Shown here in pieces: positions 39,545 to 52,282 of a DNA stretch of 64,000 bases; position 1 is the stretch's first letter; each line of letters opens with the position of its first letter. The DNA is from Podarcis pityusensis. Lineage: Eukaryota. Below the pieces are notes generated by a model. It was not told the origin of the DNA, made no database searches, and worked only from the letters and a program-made list of their open reading frames with translations. The stretch is from the NCBI GenBank assembly GCA_964106645.2, contig OZ067040.1. The stretch is one strand, 5' to 3'. Both the position numbers and the translations under genes were made by a program.

Positions 39545-39730
39545 TTCTCAGAAATTCAGTGCCACAATCTGTAGTGGTTGCCATCCACATTTCCATTTTA
39601 AAAGGCAGATTAGACAAATTTATGGAGGCTAAGGCTATGACTTGCTACTAGTTAGGTAATTATATCCTGTATCCAGGTTCAGAGGCTGTGTGTTGGCCTA
39701 GATCTGATCCAGCAGGGCTCTTATGTTCTT
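39545..39730 (+). mobile_element. CR1 LINE 3' fragment
   Basis: TTTAAAAGG..ATTAGACAAATT.ATGGAGG...TCTGATCCAGCAGGGCTCTTATGTTCTT. Confidence 0.6.
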
Positions 39731-42700
39731 CTTGCTGTCAGTTGCTTTGTCTTCTGCATACTGACTGGGGTTTCCTTCATCTTTAATTATTTTGCTCATT
39801 TTTATTAAACAGTTTTACCATGTCTCTTCAGCTACTCAAGGTACTTTCCTGTCCTTCCAGGTATACCTGTTCAGCAGATGGGTCACCTCGGGAGTCAAAT
39901 GTATACCTCAGATTTCTGTTCTGGATAGTCAATAGAAACTTACAGGTGGGTGTATTAAATTATTGCCTAAGAATTGTCATATTGAAACATAAACTCGTTA
40001 TCAACAATTAGCTGTAGTGAAAGCCACAAGACACAGAATGCCAACAATAAAAATGGGGGCTGCCAGAAATACAAGATTTCTTGAGCAACTGACAGCTTCA
40101 GAGAAGTTGGGTTTTTATGGGCAGAGATATATTTTATTTTTTGAGGGGTAATTATTCCCAGTGGCATCATTCCCTATGTGTATTCAGAAATGGTTGAGTC
40201 CCAAGAGGCCTCTAGCATGTGATTTTTCTAAATCAAGTTTTCGCAGCTCAGGAGGCACAAGTCATCATTCTAAATGAACTGAATGTAGAGCCAACTTATT
40301 TCTGGTTAAACCCTGAAGGATTTGATCATGAAAGTCTGTGTTTTATGGATATGTACTTCAAACATCAAGTGGATATTATAAGGATCAACGAGCAGCTTGG
40401 TGGTTCTAAGGGAACATCAAGAAATTTATAAAACATAGGATTTGTGATAGGAATCTGTAGTTTTATTTATTCCTTTTACTTGTCATCCATCAAGCCCTGA
40501 GGCCAAGGGCAAACAATGTTATTGCACAATGATACAAAGGTCTCTTTATATCATTGTACAATAAGGTTTTTTTTCTACATCGATCTTTCAAACAAATTCA
40601 TTTAGGCTGCAATCCTGTCCATAGTTTCATGGGAATAAGTCCCATTGAACTTCTGAGTATACATGCTTAGAGTTGCACCATCAGCCAAACAGGATTGACC
40701 ATTCATTGAAGGAGGAGTCTGTGTCTTGGATCCTAAGAAGTGTGAACAGAAATAAGTTTTCAGAAGGAAAGCTCTCCCAACCATGCATCCTATGCAGAGG
40801 ATGCCTAGCCAGAGGGTTGGGAACATTCAAACAGGTTAAAGACAAGCAAAAACAATTTGCTTAATTAGAGCAGGATCAGAGTGATGCAGTTCTACATCAG
40901 TTCAGTGGGGAATGCTTAAACATGCGCTTAAACTCTCCCATTAAAATCAATAGGATTTTTTATTTTTAACACTGACTGGATCATTTCGGTTCATTTTTAG
41001 CCCACCTTTTCCAAAATAAAATAAATACATGTAATAAAAATCAAATATACAAACACCATGTCTTAGAACAAAATTGTGTTGTTTCAAGTGGGTGTGTTTT
41101 TTTATTAAAGTAAATTAAACTAATCATTTGCTATATTAACTCTGGCAGCTAGAATACCAGCCAAAATAGTTGTTCCAGAAAATATTCAGAAAAGCTCAGA
41201 TTTTGACAGATCTCTACTACAGAACAGTAGTTCTACAAATATGGGGCAACCACCAAGAGCATACCATTGGTACAGGATGATACAAGCAATAAGATGCTGA
41301 CAGTTGATCTTAATGTTTATGGTAGTACCAGGACACGAGTGGCTTTTTAATGCTGAAGGCAAGATACTGAATTGTATCCAGAAGGCAACAGGGAACTAGA
41401 AGAGGCAGCCCAACATCTGCCTAGACCAATGAATTGGGAAGCTGTGGCCCTCTAGATGTTATTGGGCTACAACTTCCAAGAGGCTGCAAACCTACAGGCA
41501 GATACTGATGATCATTTTAGCACATAATTTGCTACACAGCTGCACCCAAGAGTTGCTTGGTCATCTATGCAGGCCACAAATGTATTGAATATTGTTGCTC
41601 TTCTCAGTTTGGTGGGCCCATCTACGTGTCTGGTGAAGGCGATAATTTCAGAAGCTGTGGAATGGAATTGAAGTAAACCTTGGTCAAGAAGACTCTGGCT
41701 CATCGTTTAAGCATGCCTGAACGTTTGCTTTAAAGGCAGAAATGTCTGTGTCTGCCTGGACCCTGCTGGATCATGAGAAATGGAAAGCTTGGCAATGCTT
41801 TAGACAAGCTGAGATCACAAAGAAGATATAAGGCGTGCTACTCCCCACAGCCAGCAGCACTAGGCTGGCAAGGCTTTAGTCAAGCTCAGATCATGCCCCA
41901 GGATGAAGACGACTTGTTGGCAGTTTTGAATGGCCTTTATGAGGTTCCTTGTACCCCAATAAGGTTCAAGAATATGTTAGTCCAACCAAACAATTAAATA
42001 AAAACAAAACACTTGTTCTACAGGAGTTTCTCCTGGTGTCATTTACTAATACAGAACTGAATTTTAGTAAGAAAAGAGTGAATCAGAAGACAGGAAAATG
42101 AAGGTGTGCAGAGAGATCAGAAAGAGATTACCTCAGTGCTAGAGCTCACATTGCTTGATTTTATTTTTGTTTTCTAATACATTTCTGCTTGTTGAGGTCT
42201 TTGGAGCCCAGCTTGCCTTTTTGCCTTCTCTCGGAGAGAAGGGGTTTCTTGTTTTGAGCATGTCTTTCCTCCAGCTTTAGAAGCTACTTTAGCAATTTAT
42301 TGTGAGCTAGTCTTTTGGGGTCTAGACGTCTGGTGTGTGCATGGTTTTGACTATATACAGTTTTTATATCATTTTGTTCCTTCCAAAAATCCTTTTAATT
42401 TTGGTTTATTCTATTTATTCCCTTGTGAAGCTCAGACTTTACTATTCCAATTTAAAACATTTCCCCCTATTTTTACATGAACTTATTACCCATTGGTACC
42501 ATTCTGGATCCTATACACTGGATTCATGTTCTGCAGCTTCTCCTCAGAGCCTACAGAAGGCAGTTTCATAGATTCCTGCTTGGATTGTTAGCTATAAAGC
42601 ACTTGTTAGCTGTAAGGCAATTTTGGATTAGATTGCTATATGGCCAAAAAAAATAAATACTAAGCTTTTAACTAGTTTGGATTGCTGGAAGTTTTAGGAG

Positions 42701-42774
42701 GATGCAAGTTAGGGCTTAGAAATATATGTGTTTTATCAGTAGATGTTAGGTTAATTGGTTTGTATATGGTCTGT

Positions 42775-43230
42775 ATGGGATATCTTCGGGTGAAGAAAAG
42801 GCTAAAACCCTACACAAATCTGCAGTCCCTAATATGGTTGGATGGAGCCTTGCACGCCCCCTTCCAGCAACTCCTGCAGCCAAGCTAGTGCCAAATGTAT
42901 TGCTCCATTTTCCTTTGGACCACATCAGCAAGGCCGAGAGGGAGGTCTTATCCCAGGCTTCCTCAACCTTGACCCTCCAGTTGTTTTTGGCCTACAACTC
43001 CCATGATCCCTAGCTAGCAGGACCAGTGGTCAGGGATGATGGGAATTGTAGTCTCAAAACATCTGGAGGGCCAAGGTTGAGGAAGCCTGTCTTATCCCAA
43101 AGACCTTCCATAAACACTGCCCAGGCTTGCAACCCAGGGAAGTCACTTTGGTGCTGCTAACACAGCAGTTTAACTTGACCCCCCAGAGGCTCACTCCATT
43201 GTCTCTTGAGACAGATGGATGCCAACAACA
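42775..43230 (+). mobile_element. RTE-related retroelement 3' fragment split by the hAT MITE
   Basis: Ends GAGACAGATGGATGCCAACAA; continuous across the MITE TSD; family from recall. Confidence 0.5.
42954..43089. mobile_element. hAT MITE
   Basis: CAGGCTTCCTCAACCTTG TIRs; perfect 8-bp TSD TCTTATCC. Confidence 0.92.
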
Positions 43231-43379
43231 TATTGTCATCATTTCAGCATGAGCTAAATCTAAAAACTCCCCTGAAATGATGTGGGAGTTCTTTTTTGGC
43301 TTTATCTTCTGAGCCTTCAACACTGAACTTCAGTACTGGAATCATAGCATCATTCTACTTAACAACTGTGGGATTAGGA

Positions 43380-43588
43380 GAGGCAATGTGGTGTAGTGGG
43401 TAGAATGTCAGACTAGGATTTGGAAGACCAGGGTTCAAGCTCATTGTGTACCCTTGAGCCTGTTGCTGCCTCTCAGCCTAACCTACCTCACAGGGTTGTT
43501 GCAGGGATGAAATGAGGCAGCACCATGTACAGTAACTTAAGCTCCTTGGAGGAAAAAGGTGGGGTGTAAATGCAATGTAAATAAACAG
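43380..43588 (+). mobile_element. MIR-like CORE SINE
   Basis: tRNA-like head; CTCTCAGCCTAACCTACCTCACAGGGTTGTTG core; A-rich tail. Confidence 0.65.
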
Positions 43589-44549
43589 TGAATGGGAGAG
43601 TTGTGATGCAGAACACTTCCCTGAATCCCTGGGACAGGAGTCAGAGGGACAAACTCTGTCATTAGCATGGGTCTGATGCCTCCTCAGCTTTTGCTTAAAC
43701 ATCAGGGGCAGCATCCTGGCTGGCCAGTAAACTACTATCCTTTGTTTGCAATTCTTCAAACTTTCCTGCTGTCAAGGGAGGGCCTGAAAAAATCATAATC
43801 TAGTAAAGTATCGTCAAGATTATCCTCCCCAAGACGAGAAAGTTTTTCTTTGTGAAAACCTCTTCATCTAATGAAATACAGTCAGAATCTTCCGTTTCCA
43901 TGTAAATGTAAGGCAAATTCTGAGGGAGAAGAATAAAGAATAGTTAGAGGGACTGGAAGGGAACTTCAGAGCATAACATTCAAGTTCAGTCCTCAACTAT
44001 TCAGCGTAAAACTCCTGATAGGAACTTGGGTTTTACAATAACACTTCATTATAATGAGTGGGGTAGCAAGAAAGAAAGGCAGGACTTGCATAGCAATGAT
44101 CCTGGGTAACATAAAAAGCAGTCACAGGAAAGTGACAGTGCCTACAAAACACTCACCCATACTTTGGTTTCCTACCTATTACTGCCCCCAGGTCACTGGA
44201 GGAGAATTAAAGAACCCATTTTCTAATAGAACTGACTTGAAAATAAAATCTGACCACTCATGTGCTTGTAGCCAAAATATTTTGTGCCAAAAATAAATGC
44301 AAGTTGGTTAATATTTGTGTACCCTAATGGCGTGCTTATGGAACCCTTTGATTTCCGCCCCCCCCCCCCAGCTTCAAATAACTAAAAAAAGTGATGCCAT
44401 CTTTACGGAAATCGGTACTACCTTTCTATGTACTAACATCACATCTGGGGTTGTTCCTCATTAGCGGAGTAGTTTATGGAAGTAAAGTTTACTACTAAGG
44501 CATCAACATGTTTCCTCAAGCGGAGATTTAAAGTTAATTGATGACTCCT

Positions 44550-45500
44550 CCCGCTGCCTCTCTCAGCGGATACGAAGGCGTCTCAGTTCTTAAGGTGCAA
44601 CACACTTTCCCCAAAGTTATTATTATAATCCGCATCCCCATCTAGCCAGGAGGAGCTTTTAAAAGGGGGGGGGGGGGAGGCAGACGAAGGTGAATCCGGA
44701 GAGAGGACTGTTTAGCATGAAGTGCAGCTTGGGGGTGGGGAGAGCAGCTCTCCCCCCGCCCCGCACATGGCTCTTCCCCTGCTAAGTTTGGGCTTTTACC
44801 TGCAGCTTCCGCTCCCTTCGGAGACTCCTCGCGTACAGCAGGGAGAGCGAGCAAGCGAGCCAGGGCTTCGATCAGCACCAGACCAGGAAGTGGGGAAGGA
44901 AGCACCGCGGGGGAGCCTGGATCAAGGGATCGAGGGGGTTGCCCGGTCGCAAGGGCCGACGTTCCCCTGGAGCTTCTCCCTCCCCTTCCCCAATGGCTTC
45001 TCCCGGGGACCCTCCTCTGCCCGAAGGTAAAGGGCGCCTGCTTTGGGATCTGCCTGCTGCGTCTGGTGGGAAAGGCGAGGGGCTGGGCGTCTTTTGTGGC
45101 CGGGAGCCTGCGAGCTCTGCCGCCGAGAAGTGGGGCTGGGCTGGGTAGGGGAAGGGAGGCGGGATCCTGGAGTGGCCGCTGGGGCGGGCCGGAGGGCGGA
45201 CTCCCTGGGTGGACACTGATCCTCCTCCCCTCGCCCCGATGCGAAGCCACTCCGCTTGCAGCTCCGAGGCGAGAGGCGGAGGCAGCCATAGCTCGAGCCC
45301 TTCTCCGCCTCTGGCCTCGCCTTGGTCTTATTCATGCCGCAGATCGCCGACAGGCGCGATACTGGATCTTGGTAGCCCCGACTCCCGCAAACCCATTGCA
45401 GAAAATCATTGCACGTGCAGTGCTGCGTGGAGAGAAAGCGAGCGTGTGTCCGAGGCTTTCCTTCCTCCTGTACTTTTCGTGCACCGGGAGCGATTCTTAA
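44550..45500. promoter_or_regulatory. CpG island / EDARADD promoter
   Basis: GC/CpG-rich; spans the first coding exon; ETS-like CCAGGAAGTG at 44883-44892. Confidence 0.85.
44993..45026 (+). CDS. EDARADD: EDARADD exon 1 (isoform-B type)
   Basis: ATG GCT TCT CCC GGG GAC CCT = MASPGDPPLPE, resembling mammalian isoform B MASPDDP; phase-1 donor G|gtaaag. Confidence 0.85.
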
Positions 45501-45994
45501 AAAGCCCTTTCTGTAGCACCTCACCCTCAAAGGACTTGATGAATCATTCACTCATGCACGAACGAAATTAAGCCCTGCAGCATCCCTCTGAAGTGCACAA
45601 AATTGTTGCAAAAAGTTGCCTTATCCTGTAACTTTTGAGAATTGCTCCCTATATCCTTCAGCAAGAACAAATTTCTACCTGTCCCGAGCGTAATTTAGTT
45701 TATAAACGCTTTTCAAGTTAAGTGAGAAAGAGAATGCAGTTGTACAGGTCACACACTTGAGGCACAAGTGACCAGCACACACACAAACACACTTTTTTTT
45801 TTTTAACGGGGAACTTTATTTTAAGCATATGCTGTTGGACAACATAAGGCCTAAAAGAGGTGTGTCCAGCGTTTGCCAAAATCTCTTCAGAAGGTGCCAG
45901 AGGCATGCTCTGCGGTGGGAAATCTACAATTTAAGGGCTACTGCAGATACCCGCCCCACAAAAAAAAAAAATAAAAAAAATTAAGGGCAGTGAA

Positions 45995-46310
45995 GCTACC
46001 AAGAGGGCTCTGATCCAAACACTCAAAAGGGTTTGTAGGGAAGGGCAGTCTGTCAGATATCTGGGGCCTAACTTGTTTAGGGCACCTTTCATTAATTCTG
46101 TAAACAGACTGGCAACCAACGCAGCTGTTTTAGAACAGGGCTTATATAAGTTTGAATGGAAACCACAGCCAATAATCTGACTAGCTGAAGTTTTGGAGTC
46201 ATCCTCAAGGGCAGCCCCACATAGATTGCATTGCAGTAATCCAATCTAGAAGTTAACACAGCATGGAGTACTGTGGCCTTGTCATCTGTGTCCAGAAGAG
46301 GCCAGAAGCT
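45995..46310 (-). mobile_element. L2-type LINE ORF2 fragment
   Basis: ATVLHAVLTSRLDYCNAIYVGLPLRMTPKLQLV...ISPVLKQLRWLPV is typical of L2 ORF2 C-terminal to the RT domain. Confidence 0.8.
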
Positions 46311-47968
46311 GGGGAACCAAGCAGAGCAGGAAATAGGGCCTGAGTACTCCAAGCTACTAAAGCCACACGCAAGCTACAAAAACCTGCTTCTTCCAGGAGT
46401 GCAACCCCACTATTCAGAACAGCCCACCTCCTGGATGCTTCTTCCCCTGTTTGAGAACCTCATCTGAAAGTATCAAAGTAAAGATAATTCTTGCTCCGCT
46501 GCTTGTTTTAATACCGCTGAGCTGGAGCCATATTTAAGCTTAGTAGTGCACCAGGAAATTAGAGGTGAACTGAGGACTGGAAAAATATCCAATACTTCTA
46601 GCTTTGAGTGATACTTATCTATTCTTGCTTATCTTTTTCAGGCTGGCTTTCAGAACTTTATAATTAGTTTGATAGGATGATGAGCATGGAATTTCTTTGA
46701 TCCAAGCTCTCAATTGCTTCAACTTCAAAACGGTTATGCAGTACAAAGGGATGTTGCTAATGAACAGAAACTAAATCACAACATACAGCAGAAATCCACT
46801 TCTACGGATTCTGGTGTTCCAGATAGTCTGTGCGGGAATAAGACATCTCAAACCTCAGGGGACTTCATTTGAAGTTCATATGCACAGGATTGGGCTGTTT
46901 GCCAAAGTAATACCTGACTCTTCCTTACTTCCCTTGGCACTTAGGTCTGGTTTTGGATCCAATTTAAATAGCAAACAAGGCACACAGTACAGTCGTCACA
47001 GGAAAGTACAGTACACATAATCTTTTGTCATCATAAGAATCCTTTGAGGCAGGCTGAGAGAAAGTGACAGGCCCAAGAAATTTGATGGCTAGGAACTGGG
47101 AGGGAGAGACTTTCTTTCCAGCCACCCCTCCATACTCTTTTTTCTGCCCCTCCCTTTGAGCCGCAACTTTTCTGATAGTGACAAGTCGGATTGGTGCTCC
47201 TCATGCATGCAGGTATTTTGCAGCATTCACATGTTGTCATTAAAATTGCAGCCCATTACCCCCCCCCCTTAATCCAGATTTACCCTTTCTGGGGGAAATA
47301 CAATGTTTTGTTGCTGTTTTTTAAACCGTTGCCAACGACCTGTTTGTTTGAAAATTCAGCCTGTGGTCTGGAACTACCCTAGAAAGAATGTGGTCTGTTG
47401 TTCCCTTCTGTCTGCGCCCTGGCCCTATTCATGGCATAGCAGTGGCTTGTTCGCACTCTTGGTTTAACTAGAATATAAGATTGCTTAGCCGATAAATAAA
47501 AATGACAACACAAAAAATACATAGATGATTCAAAATGATATAAGAAATACCATAAACTACGTTTGGCAGTTCAGATGTCACAGGAAACTGTGGTTTAAAA
47601 AAAATAGGAGAAGAGAATGGGAGGTGCAAAGAGGAAGTGTGGAGGCACATGTCATCTTTCTCATCTGACAAACATGGTAAATATGGTTTATCAGAATAGG
47701 TTTATTCTATCTAAAATGCACTTGTGTTACTCTTGGCGAAAACTGCTTGTGGCAGATGATAATTTTTCATTAAAGTTATAGAAAAATGTAAGTGCATATG
47801 ATTTTATGATTATTTATTCTGCTAGAATAACAATTTAAAAACCAGAATGTGAAACATTCCTTTGTGTTACAAACTAACACTTGCCTATATATACAATGGA
47901 GGCAATTAAAGTAGACTGGAGATGTTGAGAAACACAAATTAAAACTTTCCTTTATTTGTTTCCAGCAG

Positions 47969-48027
47969 ATCAGGCAATGAAAGAGCCAGTAGAAGATACA
48001 GACCCTAGCACTTTATCCTCAGAAGAA
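47969..48027 (+). CDS. EDARADD: EDARADD exon 2 (TRAF6-binding PVEDTD)
   Basis: (D)QAMKEPVEDTDPSTLSSEE; 59 nt; cagcag acceptor, gtatgt donor. Confidence 0.93.
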
Positions 48028-48187
48028 GTATGTAATTTCCTGAATGTATTGTAATGAAATGAAATGTAACCGTTAATTCAATTATTGTAAATGTTGGTTA
48101 CCATTTTATAGTTTTTAATACTGTCAGAACAGGTTCATAAATCCCTGGTATTTCAGGACATTTGGTGAAATGTTTCTGTACCAACTA

Positions 48188-48484
48188 CAGTGGTGCCCCG
48201 CAAGACGAATGCCTCGCAAGACGAAAAACTTGCTAGACGAAAGGGTTTTGCGTTTTTTGAGTCGTTCCGCAAGACGAATTTCCCTATGGGCTTGCTTCGC
48301 AAGACGAAACGTCTTGCGAGTTCTTGCGAGTTTGTTTCCTTTTTCTTAAAGCCGCTAAGCCGTTAGTAGCCGCTAAGCCGCTAATAGCCGCTAAGCCGCT
48401 AATAGCCGTGCTTTGCAAGACGAAAAAACCGCAAGATGAAGAGACTCGCGGAACGGATTAATTTCGTCTTGCGAGGCACCACTG
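48188..48484. mobile_element. Tc1/mariner MITE (CAAGACGAA-repeat family)
   Basis: CAGTGGTGCC.CGCAAGACGAA TIRs; TA TSD; internal AGCCGCTAA tandem units; CpG still retained, so probably young. Confidence 0.9.
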
Positions 48485-49112
48485 TATGCAATGGATGAAT
48501 TCAGAATAGAATCAGACATCCTAAAATATAGGGGGCTGCCACCAAAACCAACAACCACACATAAGCCCAGTTCACATATTATAGCTTACTGGGACTATGG
48601 GAACGTTGTTGGATCTTGAAGTTGCTGTTCATACCCACTTTCAGCACAGTGAAGCATGGCAGCTAAGCCAAGGTGTGTAATCTGGACCTGATACTGTGCT
48701 TAAGGTCTCTCCTCTTAAACCTTGAACCATAACTGAGGTCTGATCTACGGTTACCGGCCATGGTTATGGAGGACAGACCTGTACCTTATTCCTGGGTTTG
48801 GGGAACTTGCACATTCACATGGTTCTCAGAAGCCATAGTTCGGCTTACTGTGACATGTGAACCAGGCCACTGAGATCCTCCCTTCTCCCACCACAATGCA
48901 TAATTCAGCTAATTCTATTACCTGCCTATGTATGATACCTTGTCATATGATGTGAAATGGGACAGGGAGGGAAACACTTGGAATAATTAAGCCAAGGTAT
49001 GGGGCAAGTTGCCTTACAAGGAGAGAGGGATGCTGTTTTCAGTGGCAGCTCCATGACATCTGTGATTCTGCAATTTCTACATCTGTTATTGAAGCTTTCA
49101 GACCACCACCAT

Positions 49113-49275
49113 GGGGAAAAAAGTCGTGGGTCAATGGTAGAGCATCTGACTTGCATTCAGAAGGTCCAAGCCAAGCCCCCTTTTGTCTAGAACCCTGGAG
49201 AGCCACTGCCAGTCAGTGTAGACAGTACTGAGCTGGATGGACCAATGGTCTGACTCGGTGTAAGACAGCTTCCTA
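49113..49275 (+). mobile_element. Squam3-like SINE
   Basis: TGGTAGAGCATCTG...GCCACTGCCAGTCAGTGTAGAC...GGACCAATGGTCTGACTCGG. Confidence 0.7.
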
Positions 49276-49524
49276 GCTTCTGAAGCCCACTAAAGGATTT
49301 AACAAAGCTCTGTTTATTTCTTCCATGTTCCTTCCTGTCTGGGACTGCAGAAACAGGAGGATTGTGGAGTACCTAGCAAGCTGCCATACAAGGCAGTTCA
49401 CACTCTGTTCAGTTTGGTCAGCCTGATATAGAGGAATGAAAAAAGACAGTTTTACAAGGTGACAATAATTAAGTTTGTTAAAATATATCTGATTGTATAT
49501 TTTGTCTCCCCATCTTTTGAACAG

Positions 49525-49564
49525 ACAAACAAGTACCCTGTTCAAGATACAGCACTACCAAAAG
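49525..49564 (+). CDS. EDARADD: EDARADD exon 3
   Basis: TNKYPVQDTALPK; 40 nt; cag/gtaagt. Confidence 0.92.
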
Positions 49565-49907
49565 GTAAGTGCAGAAAATTGTAGTAGCTATATATTTGTA
49601 ATTGTCTAAAACTTTCCTAAACTATGCAAAATAAGTGTGGTTGTCACTTGATGTGGAAAATATACATTGAAATGTCTCTAAAGCCAATGTAGAAAAGTTT
49701 GTTTTTAAAACACTTAATTACTGTCTGAATACCAAGTGACCACACATGGAACATGACATGGGGTTATTCAGGTTATCCCTTCTCATTGCAGTCCTGCCCA
49801 AGATGCCACTTGGGAGTGGGAGTGAGACTCAAGGCAATCTATGGGGATATTGCTGGAAGTGAAATTGGCAGTCCCTCAATCTGTGTGTGAAAGTGCCTTC
49901 ACACAGA

Positions 49908-49990
49908 GGAATGGACTGTAACTCGGCAGTGGAGCATCTGCTTTGAATGCAGAAGGTCCCAGCTTCCATCCCCAGTAGAGCTGGGAATGT
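49908..49990 (+). mobile_element. Squam3-like SINE 5' fragment
   Basis: GCAGTGGAGCATCTGCTTTGAATGCAGAAGGTCCCAG head matches the other copies. Confidence 0.55.
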
Positions 49991-50308
49991 TTGAGAGGAG
50001 CTTAGACAACACATCACTTTTGGATGAAAGCAGCAGAAGGAGCAGGCAGGTTGCTTGGTTTAAAGCAGAGACTAGGGAATGACCTCTCTTCTTGTTTGCT
50101 GCACTTGGGAGAAAGATGGCTTCCTTTCTTGAAGCACCTAAAATATCTCTCTCCACCCCTTAGCCTTGCTATTTCTGCCCCATCCCCATTGCTACCCTTG
50201 CTTTCCTTCCACCGCCCACTCTATGCTCACTATTTCTTGCTCTCCCAGCCCTTAAGCTCTTTCTCCCCCTCTCCTAGCCTCCCTTTCTTTCCCTTCCACC
50301 CTCTAATC

Positions 50309-50628
50309 CAGGGGTCAGTAACCTTTTTCAGCTGTGGGCCAGTCCACCATCCCTCAGACCATGTGGGAGGCCAGATTACCTTGGGGGGGGGGGATGAACA
50401 AATTCCTATGCCCCGCAAATAACCCAGAGATGCATTTTAAATAAAAGGACACATTCTGCTCATGTAAAAACACCAGGCAGGCCCCACAAATAATCTAGAG
50501 ATGCATTTTAAATAAAAGGACACATTCTACTCATGTAAAAACACGCTGATTCCCGTACTGTCCACAGGCCAGATTGAGAAGGTGATTGGGCTGCATCCAG
50601 CCCCTGGGCCTTAGGTTGCCTACCCCTG
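50309..50628. mobile_element. hAT MITE with an internal ~70-bp tandem duplication
   Basis: CAGGGGT...ACCCCTG termini; perfect 8-bp TSD CTCTAATC. Confidence 0.92.
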
Positions 50629-52282
50629 CTCTAATCACTCTGTTCCCTCCACCCCCAGCTCCTCACCATGCTCTCCCCCACTGCCAATGCACCACCTAAA
50701 CTCTTGCGTGTTTGTGCAAAACGTTTGTCTCTGTGTAAAGTGTGTTATGCCTATTATGATCTCTGGCTGCACCTTTCCCCCAGTCACCCTGCTGCTAGAT
50801 GCCCTGCCCTGCCTTTTCTCCTGTTCTTCACTCCAGCGACCCCTGTGCCACCAGAAGTTGTGAACATCTTTTTTAAAAAATAAAATGCATGCATGGCTCA
50901 CTCCTGTTTGCCTTTTGCAACACACGTACATCAATTTTTTGAACTCTCCCCATCACCAGCAGAAGGGAGCAGCATTATATTTTAAGGGCAATAGACAGTA
51001 TAGGCTTAAGCATGTCTTAAGTATTCAGAGGTGAATCCCATTGAGTAGTAGAGAGTCTGGAACTGCGGTGGGAACAGCAACATTAACAGCTCACAATACA
51101 GGCAAGTCCCAACCAGGCCTCCCACCACTCCAGACAGCCTGGGGCATCAAGAGACCTCATTCAAGAATGTTTAATTTGATATCCAATAAAAGTTATCATT
51201 AATTAGAGGGTTGTTTGGAAATTTTGTTTTATGTGATTTTGTTTTAGAAAATCCATGTAAACTGTCTTGGAAGGGTTATGCCCTGAAAGGTGGGTTTGAC
51301 ACATTCTAAATGCATGCCAAAAGAGCTTCATTACTTCCTAGTAAATGTGATTAGAATTGCAACATTGGTGTCACTTTTGCTGTAACATTAAACTATAAGT
51401 AACATTAGGTACGTGAATTCAATGAAAATGCTTGTTTTTTTTCTAGTGCAAATAGTAGGCATAGAGAGCAGGATTGTGGCCACAGCAGGACATGCAGTGG
51501 TGCAGACAAAAAAAATGTCCCCACATGTTCCTGTTTGAATTGAGAAGAAAACTTTTGTTGATAGTTAAACTGCCCACCTGCAGAGGCACAATCCTGCTCC
51601 CTGGCAGCTGTGATTTACATACGGTAGTTTAAAGTGCCTGTTAGCTGGCCCATTGGATTAATTGCTGCAGAATGAGTGCTGTGCCTCAGCAACACCGTAG
51701 AACATTTTATTATTCTATTGCAGTTGTGACCTCTGCCTTCTGTTTTTCCTCCTTCTCTCATTGTGTCAAGCTCAGCATCTTAAAATCGAGTCGACAAGAC
51801 TGGAGTTGTGCATTAATAGTACAAAGTCTGGTTCCCTGCCAAATCCTGTGTAAAGTTGGACAAGATTGATAGACAAAGCATTTTTTTGCAAATCAAATGG
51901 GACCGGGTCTTTAAATGCAACTTTAAATACAATAAGAGTAAGACAGATGTTTTGGGAGAGGTGTCTAGCATAACGAATGGTGGTGATTCTTCACTCATAA
52001 TGCACATGCACAGAGTGGGATGTTGTTGTTGTTGTTGTTAATCCCTGGCTCCCATGTTGTGGCGAGCCAGTGAAGCGGATGTTGTGCCCCCTGGTCTAAA
52101 TTGCCTCTTTTGCAATATGTAGAGCTCTTGGCAAGCCATTGCTGGTTTTGCTAGTATGTGTGGAACTGCACGGCTGGCTTCTTGCCCTGATATATAAATT
52201 GTCGTCATAATCTAGCTGAATTTTAGTAAGCAAAGATGGTGAGAGCTGAATGTGACTAACACTTCAGAATTTGCCTTTTTAG

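Noticed and set aside
40219-40431. 70-aa ORF with protein-like composition
   Set aside because: Non-ATG start, no recognisable homology and no supporting exon chain
41512-41997. Short intergenic ORFs on both strands
   Set aside because: No recognisable motif in the frames I translated
44642-45571. 209- and 215-aa minus-strand ORFs over the EDARADD promoter
   Set aside because: Pro/Arg/Gly-rich translations of GC-rich DNA with no recognisable domain
48188-48484. Repeated CAAGACGAA units resembling a CRISPR-like array
   Set aside because: Eukaryotic DNA; short irregular subterminal repeats inside a TA-flanked MITE
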